Origin: an uncultured Candidatus Saccharibacteria bacterium
Lineage (GTDB): Bacteria > Patescibacteriota > Minisyncoccia > Phycocordibacterales > UBA12088
Direction of reading: 5' to 3'
Length of the DNA: 64,000 nucleotides
NCBI GenBank assembly: GCA_964531785.1
Contig: CAZHFF010000001.1
Coordinates: 7,880 to 71,879 of the forward strand
The position numbers and the translations under genes are program-made. The notes under the pieces were generated by a model. It did not search any database. It was not told the origin of the DNA and worked only from the letters and a program-made list of their open reading frames with translations. Each line of letters opens with the position of its first letter. The stretch's first letter is position 1. This document shows positions 1 through 9,457 of the stretch, one piece after another.

Positions 1-809
1 TCCTTAAGCCATCCGCACTGTTCGGCCTCAGGTACTGCGGAGAACGCGCTCCAGTAGTGATCTATCTCCTCCTGCGTGTCGCACCGCACCATGAGCGAAA
101 TGCCTTCGGAAAAGGCAAAGTCATGGATGGGTGCGCCATCCATTGCCGCAAACCATTGTCCCAAAAGCGCAACGTCAGTGTACATGATCCTGCCCTCCAT
201 TCCAGGTTCGCTCTCTTTTGGGTAGCGCAGGAGCGCGCCTCGTCTCGTCTCGGATGCGTTGCTCCCGGGCGCGTTCCGAAAGGTTGAGAGGTAGAGCTCG
301 GTCGCCTCCTCAGCCTTACTGGATCGGTCACCGGTAAAGAGGAGCGCAGGCATGATAAAGGGTGGTGGTTCGAACGCCGGATCGGTGAGTGCTAGCTGCC
401 ATGAGACCCCGTACCGGTCTTCGACCCAACCGTACTGCTCGCTCCATGGATAGGCACTAAGCGGCAGGAGTACCTTCCCGCCCTTGAAGAGCGCGTCCCA
501 GAACGTGTGCAGGAGCGGGGAAGCGTCTGTGTCGACGGAAGGGTCGAAGTTGAGCATGAACGAGATGGACGGGTTTGGCGCGAAGAGCGGCCCGGCGCTT
601 ATGGCCGTGAACGAGTATCCGCAGAGCGAAAAGGATACCATGTCTGTTTCGCCGGACGGTGTCCCGGTCAAGGGCGTGACCTGCTCTACTCTGGAGGGCC
701 CACTGGTGCTCCGTTTAGAAAACAGTTCCGTATAGAATACCGCAGCATCGCGTGCCTCGGTGTCGAACCAGAGGTGGAGAACGATGCGTTGTGGCGTGGC
801 GTTGCTCAT
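1..809 (-). CDS. VOC/glyoxalase-superfamily protein of the PhnB / 3-demethylubiquinone-9 3-methyltransferase-domain type (two tandem halves). The C-terminus runs off the left edge, so the CDS is partial.
   Basis: Absent from the supplied ORF track because it has no in-window stop. My own translation of the minus strand from ATG 809-807 stays open to position 2: MSNATPQRIVLHLWFDTEARDAAVFY..SFSLCGYSFTAISAGP..YPWSEQYGWVEDRYGVSWQL..MYTDVALLGQWFAAMDG..DHYWSAFSAVPEAEQCGWLK. YGVSWQ and CGWLK are hallmark motifs of this family. Confidence 0.75.
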   Translation of the reverse strand, partial: MSNATPQRIVLHLWFDTEARDAAVFYTELFSKRSTSGPSRVEQVTPLTGTPSGETDMVSFSLCGYSFTAISAGPLFAPNPSISFMLNFDPSVDTDASPLLHTFWDALFKGGKVLLPLSAYPWSEQYGWVEDRYGVSWQLALTDPAFEPPPFIMPALLFTGDRSSKAEEATELYLSTFRNAPGSNASETRRGALLRYPKESEPGMEGRIMYTDVALLGQWFAAMDGAPIHDFAFSEGISLMVRCDTQEEIDHYWSAFSAVPEAEQCGWLK

Positions 810-821
810 AATAAGGTTTGA

Positions 822-1220
822 TCAGAGTCCGCCCCCTACCTCGACGGTGAAGCCGCCGTAGGACATCCTGGTCACATCGAACGGCATGGGCAGGTTATGC
901 ATTTCCGGGTCATTCATACGCGGGTCGCTCATGACCTTGGCGTTCACCTCGTCGCGGTGCTCTTTCGAGCGGAACACGATGAACGAGAACCATACGGACT
1001 CGTCCTCTGCCGCTCCTGCCGTGTCCATGAACGATCGAGCTTTCATATCCTCCATTCCCTCCGGAACCTTTGGATAGAGATCGTCCCCTCTGCACTCCAG
1101 GTAGGCGAGCGCACCATGCTCAAGCCACGTTTCTTTGCCCAAGGTTGCCATGTTCTTGTACGCATCACTGTTTGCTTTTGGCACAACCACTAAAAACCCA
1201 TCAACATATGTTCCTTTCAT
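822..1220 (-). CDS. DUF1428 (YbaA-like) family protein
   Basis: ORF 822..1289. I start it at the internal ATG 1220 (MKGTYVDGFLVVVPKANSDAYKNMATLGKETWLEHGALAYLECRGDDL..), which matches the usual N-terminus and ~130-aa size of DUF1428. The upstream 23 codons overlap an AT-rich palindrome. Confidence 0.7.
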   Translation of the reverse strand: MKGTYVDGFLVVVPKANSDAYKNMATLGKETWLEHGALAYLECRGDDLYPKVPEGMEDMKARSFMDTAGAAEDESVWFSFIVFRSKEHRDEVNAKVMSDPRMNDPEMHNLPMPFDVTRMSYGGFTVEVGGGL

Positions 1221-1426
1221 GGTACTGAAATGGTTAATGATCATTGATAATGCTGCGCGTAGTATGTTGAACGGTTTCCTGGTACGCACGCAACATACTC
1301 ACCATACTTAAGTATTCGCGACGAGGCGAGTTGCGCCCATCACACCCATTATCATGCTCGCACGCCGTGAACACAGGGTGAAGTGACGCGTGCTGCGCTA
1401 CGTGTCGCGTGTGTTAGGATATGCGT

Positions 1427-1819
1427 ATGGACCTCGTAACACAGCATTGCGTGCCGTGCGAAGGCGGTGCGCCTGCGCTCACCCGCGAGGAAGTGCTGCT
1501 CTTGTGCCGCAACGTGCCGGGATGGGCGCCCTCAGGCGAGGGCACGCGTATCTGTCGCGACTACACCTTCCCTGACTTTGCGCGCGCGCTCGCTTTCATG
1601 AACGAGGTCGGTGCGCTCGCCGAAGTTGAGGGGCACCACCCCGATCTGCATCTTACGAACTACAAGCACGTACGCATCGAGTGTATGACCCATGCGATCG
1701 GCGGTTTGTCGCGGAACGACTTCATCCTCGCAGCAAAGATCGATACTCTCGGCTCAGTGCAAAGCACTGGTGGTGTACGTACGGAGAAAGACCGAGCTCA
1801 GAAAAGTACAGCCGCATAA
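1427..1819 (+). CDS. Pterin-4-alpha-carbinolamine dehydratase (PCD/DCoH family)
   Basis: MDLVTQHCVPCEGG.. with the EVEGHHPDLHL..Y..V.I..TH core typical of PCD. The track ORF starts at 1421. ATG 1427 lies 6 nt after a TAGGAT hexamer (1415-1420), so I prefer it. Confidence 0.85.
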   Translation: MDLVTQHCVPCEGGAPALTREEVLLLCRNVPGWAPSGEGTRICRDYTFPDFARALAFMNEVGALAEVEGHHPDLHLTNYKHVRIECMTHAIGGLSRNDFILAAKIDTLGSVQSTGGVRTEKDRAQKSTAA

Positions 1820-1835
1820 GGACCGACGTTTTGTG

Positions 1836-2306
1836 ATGACGCGAAACCAGCTATTTACGGTCGGATTCATCTTCGACACGACACGCACCAAGGTGCTCTT
1901 GGTGCACAAGCAGAGACCTGCGTGGCAAAAGGGCAAACAAAACGGTGTGGGCGGGAAATATGAACCAGATGAGTCGCCCGAGGCGTGTATCAAGCGAGAG
2001 ACGGAAGAGGAAACAACACTTGTTATAGATGAGTCCGCGTGGGCCTACGTCGGAACCATAGAGCAGGACGAGGGCGATGTCGGGGTGCTTGCAACGGTCT
2101 ATGGAGGAGCGCTCAGCGACGCGCGTGCAAGCGGCTACGAGGATATCGAATGGTTCTCGGTCAATGCGTTACCTCAGACGGTAGTGCGTAACCTTCGATG
2201 GCTCATACCGCTCGCGCTTGAGAAGCTCGATACCGGCCTCGATCGGTTTTCAGTTCGGTATGTCGGGGAAGCTGCTCAACGTTACGTTAGCGACGCGCAG
2301 CAGTAG
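1836..2306 (+). CDS. Nudix hydrolase
   Basis: Nudix box GGKYEPDESPEACIKRETEEETTL. I start at ATG 1836 (MTRNQLFTVGFIF..) because the track start at 1692 would overlap the PCD gene. Confidence 0.8.
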   Translation: MTRNQLFTVGFIFDTTRTKVLLVHKQRPAWQKGKQNGVGGKYEPDESPEACIKRETEEETTLVIDESAWAYVGTIEQDEGDVGVLATVYGGALSDARASGYEDIEWFSVNALPQTVVRNLRWLIPLALEKLDTGLDRFSVRYVGEAAQRYVSDAQQ

Positions 2307-4389
2307 TATGCTGTTCCAGCACTCGTACTATCGACTGTGCGTCCACCGGCTTCGTGAAGTGGTGATCAAAACCAGCCTCGCGCGCTTTTCTCTTGTCCTC
2401 CTCCTGGCCGTACCCGGTGACCGCAATGAACGTTGTTTCGCGTAATGCTTCAGCGCTCTGCATAGCCAGGAGCGTTTCATACCCATCCATGCCGGGCATG
2501 CGAATGTCGAGGAAGACGTAATTCGGCAGGAAGGCGCGGAGCGCCGCGATCGCCTCCTCACCGTTAGAAGCGGTCTTTACATTACCGTACCCGGTGAAGG
2601 TAAGGTACGAGGCAAGGGCGTTTGCAGCGTCCTCGTTATCATCAACGATCAGTATGGCGGGCCCTGACGGGTCTTTGCGCATGTCGGTTGCGATCGGCAA
2701 TGTGACTACGAATTCCGCACCCTTGCCCTCACCCTTGCTCGATGCGCTGAGCGTACCGCCGTGCAGCACAACCAGGTCTCTTGAGAGCGCAAGGCCGATG
2801 CCGAGGCCCCCTCGTGTCTCGCGCCCTTCACCTTGAACGAATAGCGAGAAGATGCTTTCAAGGACATCGGGATGAATACCCAAACCGTCGTCACGTACCC
2901 GAATTGCTACGTCACGGTCGGTGTGAACAGCCGTGATCCAAATGTTTCCGCCCGCGCGGTTATATTTCGCGGCATTGTTGAGCAGGTTCACGATGACCTG
3001 TTCGATGCGGAGGGGGTCGGCATATATGGACAGGGGTTGGGCTGAGACATGTTGGTGCAGGGTGACCCCGTACTGCTCGAAGAGCGGCTTCGCTGTCTCG
3101 AGGGCGCGTTCGATGATGGTGGCAACGTCAAGGAGTTCTTTCTTCAGCGCTATCTTGCCACGCATGAGGCGTGACATGTCGAGCAGGTCGTCCAGAAGCC
3201 TTGCCATGGTCTTTGCTTGTCGTTCCACGATATGAGCGGTTTCCTCGAGCACAGGTTCGTTCTTTCCGTGCTGTACCGAATACCTTTGCAGGAGCTGGGC
3301 GCGGAGCAAGAGCGGCGCGAGCGGGTTACGCAGTTCATGAGCGAGCGTGGCGATGAGATCATCCTTGCGACGGTCAGCGGTCTGAAGTTCTTCATAGAGT
3401 CGTGCATGCTCAATCGCTACACCTGCCCGTTTTCCGATCTCCTCTGCAAGTTCAAGTGAGTCCGCTGTGTAGCGCTCACGTCCTTCTGCCCTCGCGAACG
3501 TGATGACACCATCCATTCGCTCCCTGCACATGATCGGTACACGCAACAACGAGCGGAACGAAAGCCGTTCCTGCAGTTCGCGCTGCTCGTCTGCGGCGGT
3601 GCCCGTTCGGTCGAGTGATCCGTTCGAGAGTTCGGGCAAAAACTCGCTTTGTCCTGTTTCGAACACTTTCTGTGGACCGTAACGTTTGTTCGTCGCGTTG
3701 AGGTGCGTCTGTTCGTGTAAGCGGTCAGCGATCGTGAGTATCAATGGATCCTTGTGCTTTGTAGCAACCTTCCGGAGCGCGCTCGGGCGCGCCTGGTTCG
3801 TAGCAAGATCGATCGCGCACCAGTCGGCAAAGCGCGGAACCATGAGGTCTGCAAGGCGGCGGAGCATGGCTTCATAGTCGAGCGATGAAGCGAGTGTGAC
3901 CGTCGCGTCGGCAAGAAGTTCCGAGTCGTCCTTGCGCTTGTGCAGTTCCTCTTCGATCTGCTTACGTTCGGTTATCAAGAAGCGCACCGACACATACTTC
4001 TCTGGTTTGGTGCTGGTGCCGAAGATGGGAGCGATGCTCGTGTCCACCCAGTAGTAGGTACCGTCCTTAGCGCGGTTCTTGATCTCACCACGCCAAACCC
4101 TGCCGCTTATAATGGTCTTCCAAAGTTCGCGGTAAAAATCGGGATCATGGGCTCCAGATTTCAAAATCCGATGGTTCTGGCCGATGAGCTCAGCTTTGCT
4201 ATACTTCGAGACCTCTACGAACCTATCGTTCACGTAGATGATGGTGCCCCGCGCATCGGTCGCCGAGGCGATGACGTGGCTGCCGAGGGTCTCAAAGAAC
4301 TCTTTGTAATCCTCCAGACGCAACGTACCCGACGCACCGTCATGGTGCGTCGTGGCGTTCCGGGCGTGGTTTTTCCTGCGTCGTTTCAT
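2287..4389 (-). CDS. Hybrid sensor histidine kinase (PAS - GAF - HisKA - HATPase_c - receiver)
   Basis: PAS: ..TIIYVNDRFVEVSKYSKAELIGQNHRILKSG..DGTYYWVDTSIAPIFG. H-box: LIATLAHELRNPLAPL. ATPase: NLLNNAAKYN..DDGLGI..GGLGIGLALSRDLVVLHGG. C-terminal receiver: ILIVDDNEDAAN..FLDIRMPGMDGYE..TGYG.. Confidence 0.9.
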   Translation of the reverse strand: MKRRRKNHARNATTHHDGASGTLRLEDYKEFFETLGSHVIASATDARGTIIYVNDRFVEVSKYSKAELIGQNHRILKSGAHDPDFYRELWKTIISGRVWRGEIKNRAKDGTYYWVDTSIAPIFGTSTKPEKYVSVRFLITERKQIEEELHKRKDDSELLADATVTLASSLDYEAMLRRLADLMVPRFADWCAIDLATNQARPSALRKVATKHKDPLILTIADRLHEQTHLNATNKRYGPQKVFETGQSEFLPELSNGSLDRTGTAADEQRELQERLSFRSLLRVPIMCRERMDGVITFARAEGRERYTADSLELAEEIGKRAGVAIEHARLYEELQTADRRKDDLIATLAHELRNPLAPLLLRAQLLQRYSVQHGKNEPVLEETAHIVERQAKTMARLLDDLLDMSRLMRGKIALKKELLDVATIIERALETAKPLFEQYGVTLHQHVSAQPLSIYADPLRIEQVIVNLLNNAAKYNRAGGNIWITAVHTDRDVAIRVRDDGLGIHPDVLESIFSLFVQGEGRETRGGLGIGLALSRDLVVLHGGTLSASSKGEGKGAEFVVTLPIATDMRKDPSGPAILIVDDNEDAANALASYLTFTGYGNVKTASNGEEAIAALRAFLPNYVFLDIRMPGMDGYETLLAMQSAEALRETTFIAVTGYGQEEDKRKAREAGFDHHFTKPVDAQSIVRVLEQHTTAARR

Positions 4390-4628
4390 GGTGGTTCTGC
4401 TCGAGTATCGCTACGCGCAGGGACACGCGGGCACCAGGGTAGCCCACGTGCCTTGTCTGTAGCACAGGGATGAGCGATCCCCGTGCCTGGTATACATCAA
4501 AGCATTAGTACCACTCTATCACAGGTCGTTCTCGTCTATCTATACCGCACCTCGTATAGTGCGCGCCAGGTATAGAGCAGGGAACATACTGGGCGACGTC
4601 GTTCCTGTACAGGTTCGTGCTTTCGTGG

Positions 4629-4634
4629 TATGCT
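4629..4634 (+). promoter_or_regulatory. -10-like hexamer TATGCT (preceded by TGG) 6 nt upstream of the rlmB ATG, suggesting a leaderless transcript
   Basis: Sequence ttcgTGGTATGCTcgttccATG. There is no Shine-Dalgarno. Confidence 0.45.
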
Positions 4635-4640
4635 CGTTCC

Positions 4641-5384
4641 ATGCCTGCACAGCAGACCACGTATATCTATGGACGGCACCCCGTTGCCGAAGCGCTCAAA
4701 CACCTGCCCGGTGCGGTACGTCATGTGTACTTCGTCGGCCGAGGTGACGAAACGGTTGAGCTCAGGGAACTGGTACAGAGGCTGAACATACCGTTCGATC
4801 GCTGCGAGGAAACGCATCTCCCCCGAGGCGTGGACCGCGATGCGGTGCACCAGGGTGTCGTCGCTATCGTGTCACCTGGGAAGATTCTCAGGACCTATAA
4901 GTCGTTCATCGATGGACTCACCATCACGAACGACACAGCGCTCATCCTCCTCGATGAACTCGAAGACCCACACAATGTCGGCGCGGTGATACGGAGTGCC
5001 GCAGCGCTCGGTGTCGCGGGCGTGCTCATTCCGGAGCATCGGCAAGCACCGGTCACCGGTACCGTCGTGAAGGTTTCCGCCGGCATGGCATTTCTTGTAC
5101 CGCTCATTACGATCGGTAACGTGAACACCGTTCTGCGTGACCTTAAAGACCGGGGCTTCTGGGTCTATGGCCTTACTGAGAACGGAAAGAACCCGCTGCC
5201 GGCGGAGGTCTTTGATCGTCCTTCCGTGTTCGTGCTCGGCAATGAAGGTCGCGGCATACGGGAAAAGACGCTCGAGCTCTGTGATATTCCATTGCGCATC
5301 CCGCTTTCGCCCGGATGTGACTCGCTCAATGCGTCCGCTTCTGCAGCGATCACCCTCTACGCGTGGAAGACGCAACGAGCATAG
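4641..5384 (+). CDS. rlmB: 23S rRNA 2'-O-ribose methyltransferase, SpoU/TrmH family (RlmB-like)
   Basis: N-terminal substrate-binding region YIYGRHPVAEALKH. SpoU motifs LILLDELEDPHNVGAVIRSAAALG, FVLGNEGRGI and IPL..G.DSLNASASAAITLY. Confidence 0.85.
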   Translation: MPAQQTTYIYGRHPVAEALKHLPGAVRHVYFVGRGDETVELRELVQRLNIPFDRCEETHLPRGVDRDAVHQGVVAIVSPGKILRTYKSFIDGLTITNDTALILLDELEDPHNVGAVIRSAAALGVAGVLIPEHRQAPVTGTVVKVSAGMAFLVPLITIGNVNTVLRDLKDRGFWVYGLTENGKNPLPAEVFDRPSVFVLGNEGRGIREKTLELCDIPLRIPLSPGCDSLNASASAAITLYAWKTQRA

Positions 5385-5457
5385 GGACAGGCAACCACAG
5401 AGGTTTGAGCCACGCGGCGTTCTTGTATCAAAGCGATGCGCACGCTATCATTACTAC

Positions 5458-5742
5458 ATGGCAGCGCGTAAACAAACCCCCGCAGTGACGCTTGAATCGC
5501 TTAATGAAACGTTGGAAAAGCTTGTAACTGTTGTTGCGACAAAAGACGAGCTGTTGCAGGTGGACGAAAGATTGACAGAACAATCAGACTTGCTTCAAAG
5601 GATCATGCAAGCAACGGACGCCATGGTAGGCAATTATGATAAGCTGTATGTTGAGTACGCGGCGATAAAGCTCCAGCTTTCTCGCTACGAGCGGTGGTTC
5701 GAGCAGCTTGCAAAAAAGACAGGTACGCGCCTTGAATATTAG
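5458..5742 (+). CDS. Hypothetical 94-aa coiled-coil protein
   Basis: Inner part of track ORF 5137..5742. ATG 5458 lies 6 nt after a TATCAT hexamer (5446-5451). The heptad-like sequence is LESLNETLEKLVTVVATKDELLQVDERLTEQSDLLQRIMQ... I recognise no family. Confidence 0.45.
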   Translation: MAARKQTPAVTLESLNETLEKLVTVVATKDELLQVDERLTEQSDLLQRIMQATDAMVGNYDKLYVEYAAIKLQLSRYERWFEQLAKKTGTRLEY

Positions 5743-6172
5743 TCTTTCATAAAGATAACGGTGACATGACACCCCACCTTCAGCACTAGCTGCAGGTGAG
5801 CACTGCAAGGCTGTGGAGGGGACGGGGGACACGTTCACTGGAGCCTACACTTCGGTGTCATGGTATTTCACGTGTCTCGGCAGGTAACGTACCGTATTAC
5901 GTACCTGACCGTGGGATCGAGACGCGACCACGTACCAGGACCTAGGCACCCCCGCAAGATAGCGAGCGCATCGGCTGCGTTAGTGCTAACGACGGTGCCA
6001 ACGTGAAGTTGTGCCTGTCCCGAACACCACAGTGCAGGTAGTGAAGTGGGACGTGTCTCATATCGTTTGTGCATGGTACAGAAGTGGTGTACCGTTCCAT
6101 GTATGGTCGCGACAACCTCTTGTAAACGTTATCAGCGATCACTTTGGGGACGTTCCGTCTAATCATGGGCCT

Positions 6173-6556
6173 ATGTTAAAGCTTATACACTATTTCTTCA
6201 CTGCGCTCGGGGTCATCTTCTTCTGTTTGATCCTCGGTGCTGCGTACCTCTGGTTCGCAGACCCGTGGAACCTCCGACCGCTCGTGAGCGCGTTCGTTTC
6301 GCCCCAGCTCAAGTCCCAGATGCCGCGCTCGATCGACCGAGGTGACCGACCACAAGCGCCGGCGTACCTCAGCGATCAGCAGGTCATGATGCTCGAGACG
6401 GCCGGTATCGATACGTCCGCACTGCCGAGCACGATCTCACCGGAGACGGAAGCCTGTTTGGTCGGCGTGGTCGGGGACGAACGTGCGGCCGAGATACGTG
6501 GAGGGAGCGCACCTTCCGCTCGCGAGCTCTTTGAAGCGCGGGCGTGCCTCGAGTAA
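6173..6556 (+). CDS. Hypothetical membrane-anchored protein (one N-terminal TM)
   Basis: MLKLIHYFFTALGVIFFCLILGAAYLWF.. is the inner part of track ORF 6011..6556. The 54 codons upstream look non-coding. Confidence 0.5.
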   Translation: MLKLIHYFFTALGVIFFCLILGAAYLWFADPWNLRPLVSAFVSPQLKSQMPRSIDRGDRPQAPAYLSDQQVMMLETAGIDTSALPSTISPETEACLVGVVGDERAAEIRGGSAPSARELFEARACLE

Positions 6557-6567
6557 TGCAGGGCACC

Positions 6568-7452
6568 ATGAGCAAAACGATCCGTATTGCTGTCCTTGCG
6601 GAAGAGGACAGTCCCACGCTCAGGGACCATATCGTACCGGCTGCGAGCAGGCGGGGCCACACGCTCGATGTGATCAACCTTCCGACGGTCGATCTACGGA
6701 TGCTCTTCAGCGACCCCCGAGTAACGCAGCTTCTCTCGTATGACGTGGTGTACTACCGGACCGGCCTTGGTCCGTTCGGCTCTTTCCTGCTTGGCGAGTA
6801 CCTGCGCGAGCATGGCGTTCCGACGGTGAACTTCACGTCGGCACAGCATCCTTACCTCGCACAGAAGGTCTACCAGGTCGCGCGCGTTGCGCCTTTGGGC
6901 ATACGGACACCTCGCACTCTCATGGATGTTTCCGATTCGTACCCGACGATCGTTCAGTATCTCGGGTCCCCGTTCATCATGAAAGCGGACGTGAGCTCAC
7001 AGGGGCGGGACGTGCACCTGATTGGTACGGAGGAGGCATGGCAGGAGCTGGTCGTGTACCGGAAGGAAAAGGCATACTTTTACCAAGAGTACGTAGCGCA
7101 CGAGCATGACTGTCGCGTCCACGTGATCGGTGGTATGGCGGTCTTTCCGTACCGGCGCATTCCGACCGGGGATGACTTCCGCGCGAACGTGAGCCGGGGC
7201 GGCTCCATGGAAACGCTCACCGGCGAAGAAGCTGTCGAAGTGAGCGCGCTCGCCGAGCGCGTTGCGGCGCATTTCGCGTGGGACGTCTGCGCCGTTGACT
7301 TCTTGCCGCACCAAAAGACCGGCGAGCTCTACTTCACCGAAATAAACATGAACCCTGGCTGGCAGGGTGTGAGAGCGGTGCTCGGGGGTGACCCGAGCGA
7401 GGCGGTTATCGACCTCCTTGAAGCGCGTGTGCTCCGTGCGGACACGAAGTAG
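6568..7452 (+). CDS. ATP-grasp enzyme, RimK-like (alpha-L-glutamate ligase family)
   Basis: PFIMKADVSSQGRDVHLI, YFYQEYV..HDCRVHVIGG, FRANVSRGG, AVDFLPH..GELYFTEINMNPG. Confidence 0.75.
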   Translation: MSKTIRIAVLAEEDSPTLRDHIVPAASRRGHTLDVINLPTVDLRMLFSDPRVTQLLSYDVVYYRTGLGPFGSFLLGEYLREHGVPTVNFTSAQHPYLAQKVYQVARVAPLGIRTPRTLMDVSDSYPTIVQYLGSPFIMKADVSSQGRDVHLIGTEEAWQELVVYRKEKAYFYQEYVAHEHDCRVHVIGGMAVFPYRRIPTGDDFRANVSRGGSMETLTGEEAVEVSALAERVAAHFAWDVCAVDFLPHQKTGELYFTEINMNPGWQGVRAVLGGDPSEAVIDLLEARVLRADTK

Positions 7453-7454
7453 GG

Positions 7455-7460
7455 TATACT
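7455..7460 (+). promoter_or_regulatory. -10-like hexamer TATACT 6 nt upstream of ATG 7467 (leaderless-type promoter)
   Basis: Sequence gtagGGTATACTatcgccATG. No Shine-Dalgarno. Confidence 0.5.
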
Positions 7461-7466
7461 ATCGCC

Positions 7467-8804
7467 ATGTCTCGCACGATCCTCGCACAGTTCGCTGCTC
7501 TTGCGCTCGTACTCGCCGGCTGTTCGTTCGGCGTCGGGTACTACCTTGGCGAGGGTAACGTGCCTGCGGTAGCACAGGTCGCCGGTATAGCGAACAAAGA
7601 GCGCGATACGTACTCGGAGCCGGTGGGTCAGGTCGGTATCGACTTCACGCCGTACTGGCGTGTGTGGAATACGCTCGAGCGAAAGTTCATTCCGTTCGCC
7701 ACGACGACCGAGAACAGCATCCCTCAGGAGGAGCGACTCTACAGCTCGATCGAAGGACTGGTCGCGAGCTATAAGGACCAGTACACGGTGTTCATGCGAC
7801 CCGCACAATCCGAGGACTTCAAGGTGATGGTGAAGGGCGAGCTCGAGGGTATCGGCGCGCTCATCGGAGAACGCGAGGGTGGAATCGTCGTGGTCGCGCC
7901 ACTGCCGAACTCACCTGCGGAAGCGGCAGGTCTCAAGAGCGGCGACCGAGTGCTCCGCATCGACGGGGTGGCGACCGAGGGTATGCAGGTCAATGCTGCG
8001 GTCGACCGTATCCGGGGACAGGGAGGTACGGAGGTCGTCCTTTCGATCGGAAATGCTGAGGGTGAGCGCGATGTCGCGATCGTGCGTGGCCGGATCGAGA
8101 TACCCTCCACCGCACATGCGGTCGTGACGCGAGACGTGCCGGTCATTGCTGCTGCGTCCGAACCGCCGTCGGGTGCGGAACCTGGCACTGCGGGCACCGG
8201 GCCGGTCCCGCCCAAAACGGAAAAGAAGGACTTCTATGTGCTCCGCTTGTTCAACTTTTCTGAGAGCTCGGTCACACAGTTCGAGCGCGAGCTTCGTGAA
8301 TACGTAAAGAACGGAACCGATCGACTGATCATTGACCTGCGCGGCAATCCGGGTGGGTACATGGATGCAGCGGTTGCGATCGCTGGGTGGTTCTTGCCCG
8401 AAGGCAGTCCGGTGGTCCGTGAGTACACAGGACCCGAGAAACGCGAGCGCGTCCTCCGCACGAAGGATCAGCCGCTCTTTACCGAACCGCCACGGCTTGC
8501 GATACTCGTCGACAAGGGTAGTGCGTCCGCTGCCGAGATCCTTGCCGGGGCGCTCCAGGAGGAAGGGCGGGCGGTCCTCATTGGCCAGACCACGTTCGGC
8601 AAAGGCTCGGTCCAGGAGCTCGTGAACATTACCGATACGCTCTCGCTCAAGGTCACGGTCGCTCGCTGGTTCACACCGAGCGGCGTTTCGATCTCCGAGC
8701 GGGGACTCACGCCGGATATCCTCATCGATGATGAGCAGCTGGCGAGCGCGACCTCAACGGACCCGTTCGTCGAAGCGGCTATTACGCACCTCACCCAGAG
8801 CTGA
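7467..8804 (+). CDS. S41 family C-terminal processing peptidase (Ctp/Prc) with PDZ domain
   Basis: N-terminal TM/signal. PDZ: GIGALIGEREGGIVVVAPLPNSPAEAAGLKSGDRVLRIDG. Catalytic regions: LIIDLRGNPGGYMDAAV and ILVDKGSASAAEILAGALQE. Confidence 0.9.
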   Translation: MSRTILAQFAALALVLAGCSFGVGYYLGEGNVPAVAQVAGIANKERDTYSEPVGQVGIDFTPYWRVWNTLERKFIPFATTTENSIPQEERLYSSIEGLVASYKDQYTVFMRPAQSEDFKVMVKGELEGIGALIGEREGGIVVVAPLPNSPAEAAGLKSGDRVLRIDGVATEGMQVNAAVDRIRGQGGTEVVLSIGNAEGERDVAIVRGRIEIPSTAHAVVTRDVPVIAAASEPPSGAEPGTAGTGPVPPKTEKKDFYVLRLFNFSESSVTQFERELREYVKNGTDRLIIDLRGNPGGYMDAAVAIAGWFLPEGSPVVREYTGPEKRERVLRTKDQPLFTEPPRLAILVDKGSASAAEILAGALQEEGRAVLIGQTTFGKGSVQELVNITDTLSLKVTVARWFTPSGVSISERGLTPDILIDDEQLASATSTDPFVEAAITHLTQS

Positions 8805-8806
8805 TC

Positions 8807-9418
8807 ATGTCCGGGGTCCAACGTATCGCGTACGTGCACGGCGGCATGACCTATCGGACGGACGATGAGTACCGGCAGAGTCTCGCGAGAAGCGAGATCA
8901 CCCTCGAGCGTTTGCGCGCCACGCGTGACTGGAAAGACCGGCTCGAAGAGGTGCTCGGCCCAGCATTCGAGGTGTATGCGCCGCGCATGCCGCTCGGCGG
9001 CAATGCACGGTACAAGGATTGGGAGCTGTACTTTTCGCGCTGCTTGCCGCTCTTCGGTGACGGTATCGTGCTGATCGGGCACTCGCTCGGCGGTGTGTTC
9101 TTGGCACGCTACCTTGCAGAGCATGAGTCACCGGTCAGGATCAACGCGACACTCCTCGTTGCTGCGCCCTATGGTGAGGATGCCGGGGAGTACCTGGGAG
9201 GTTTTGTTGCACCCGCATCCCTCGCGACGTTCGCAGCACGCGCGGGCCAGGTCTTTCTCTACCACAGCACCGACGACCCGGTGGTGCCCTATGAGCATGT
9301 CCTGCGCTACGCTAAGGCGCTCCCGGATGCCGTGGTGCGTACCGAGACGAGCTTGGGACACTGCAATGCCGCGTCGTTCCCGCGCCTCGAAGCGGACCTG
9401 CGTGGGCTGGCTGCCTAG
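8807..9418 (+). CDS. Alpha/beta hydrolase (YdeN/RBBP9-like serine hydrolase)
   Basis: Nucleophile elbow VLIGHSLGGVF, later acid/His region YHSTDDPVVP..LGHCN. Size is ~200 aa. Confidence 0.7.
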   Translation: MSGVQRIAYVHGGMTYRTDDEYRQSLARSEITLERLRATRDWKDRLEEVLGPAFEVYAPRMPLGGNARYKDWELYFSRCLPLFGDGIVLIGHSLGGVFLARYLAEHESPVRINATLLVAAPYGEDAGEYLGGFVAPASLATFAARAGQVFLYHSTDDPVVPYEHVLRYAKALPDAVVRTETSLGHCNAASFPRLEADLRGLAA

Positions 9419-9457
9419 CTCTTGTTTGCGCTCCGCTGCTCCTGTACCATTCTGTCC

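Noticed and set aside
6005-6060. A 5S rRNA-like string: CCTGTCCCGAACACCACAGTGCAGGTAGTGAAGTGGGAC resembles ..CCGAAC..GAAGTGAAAC..GGTAGTGTGGGG.
   Set aside because: The spacing is about 20 nt too short between the CCGAAC and GGTAGTG elements. I could not draw a closing helix I, and there is no 23S/16S context. This is probably coincidence.
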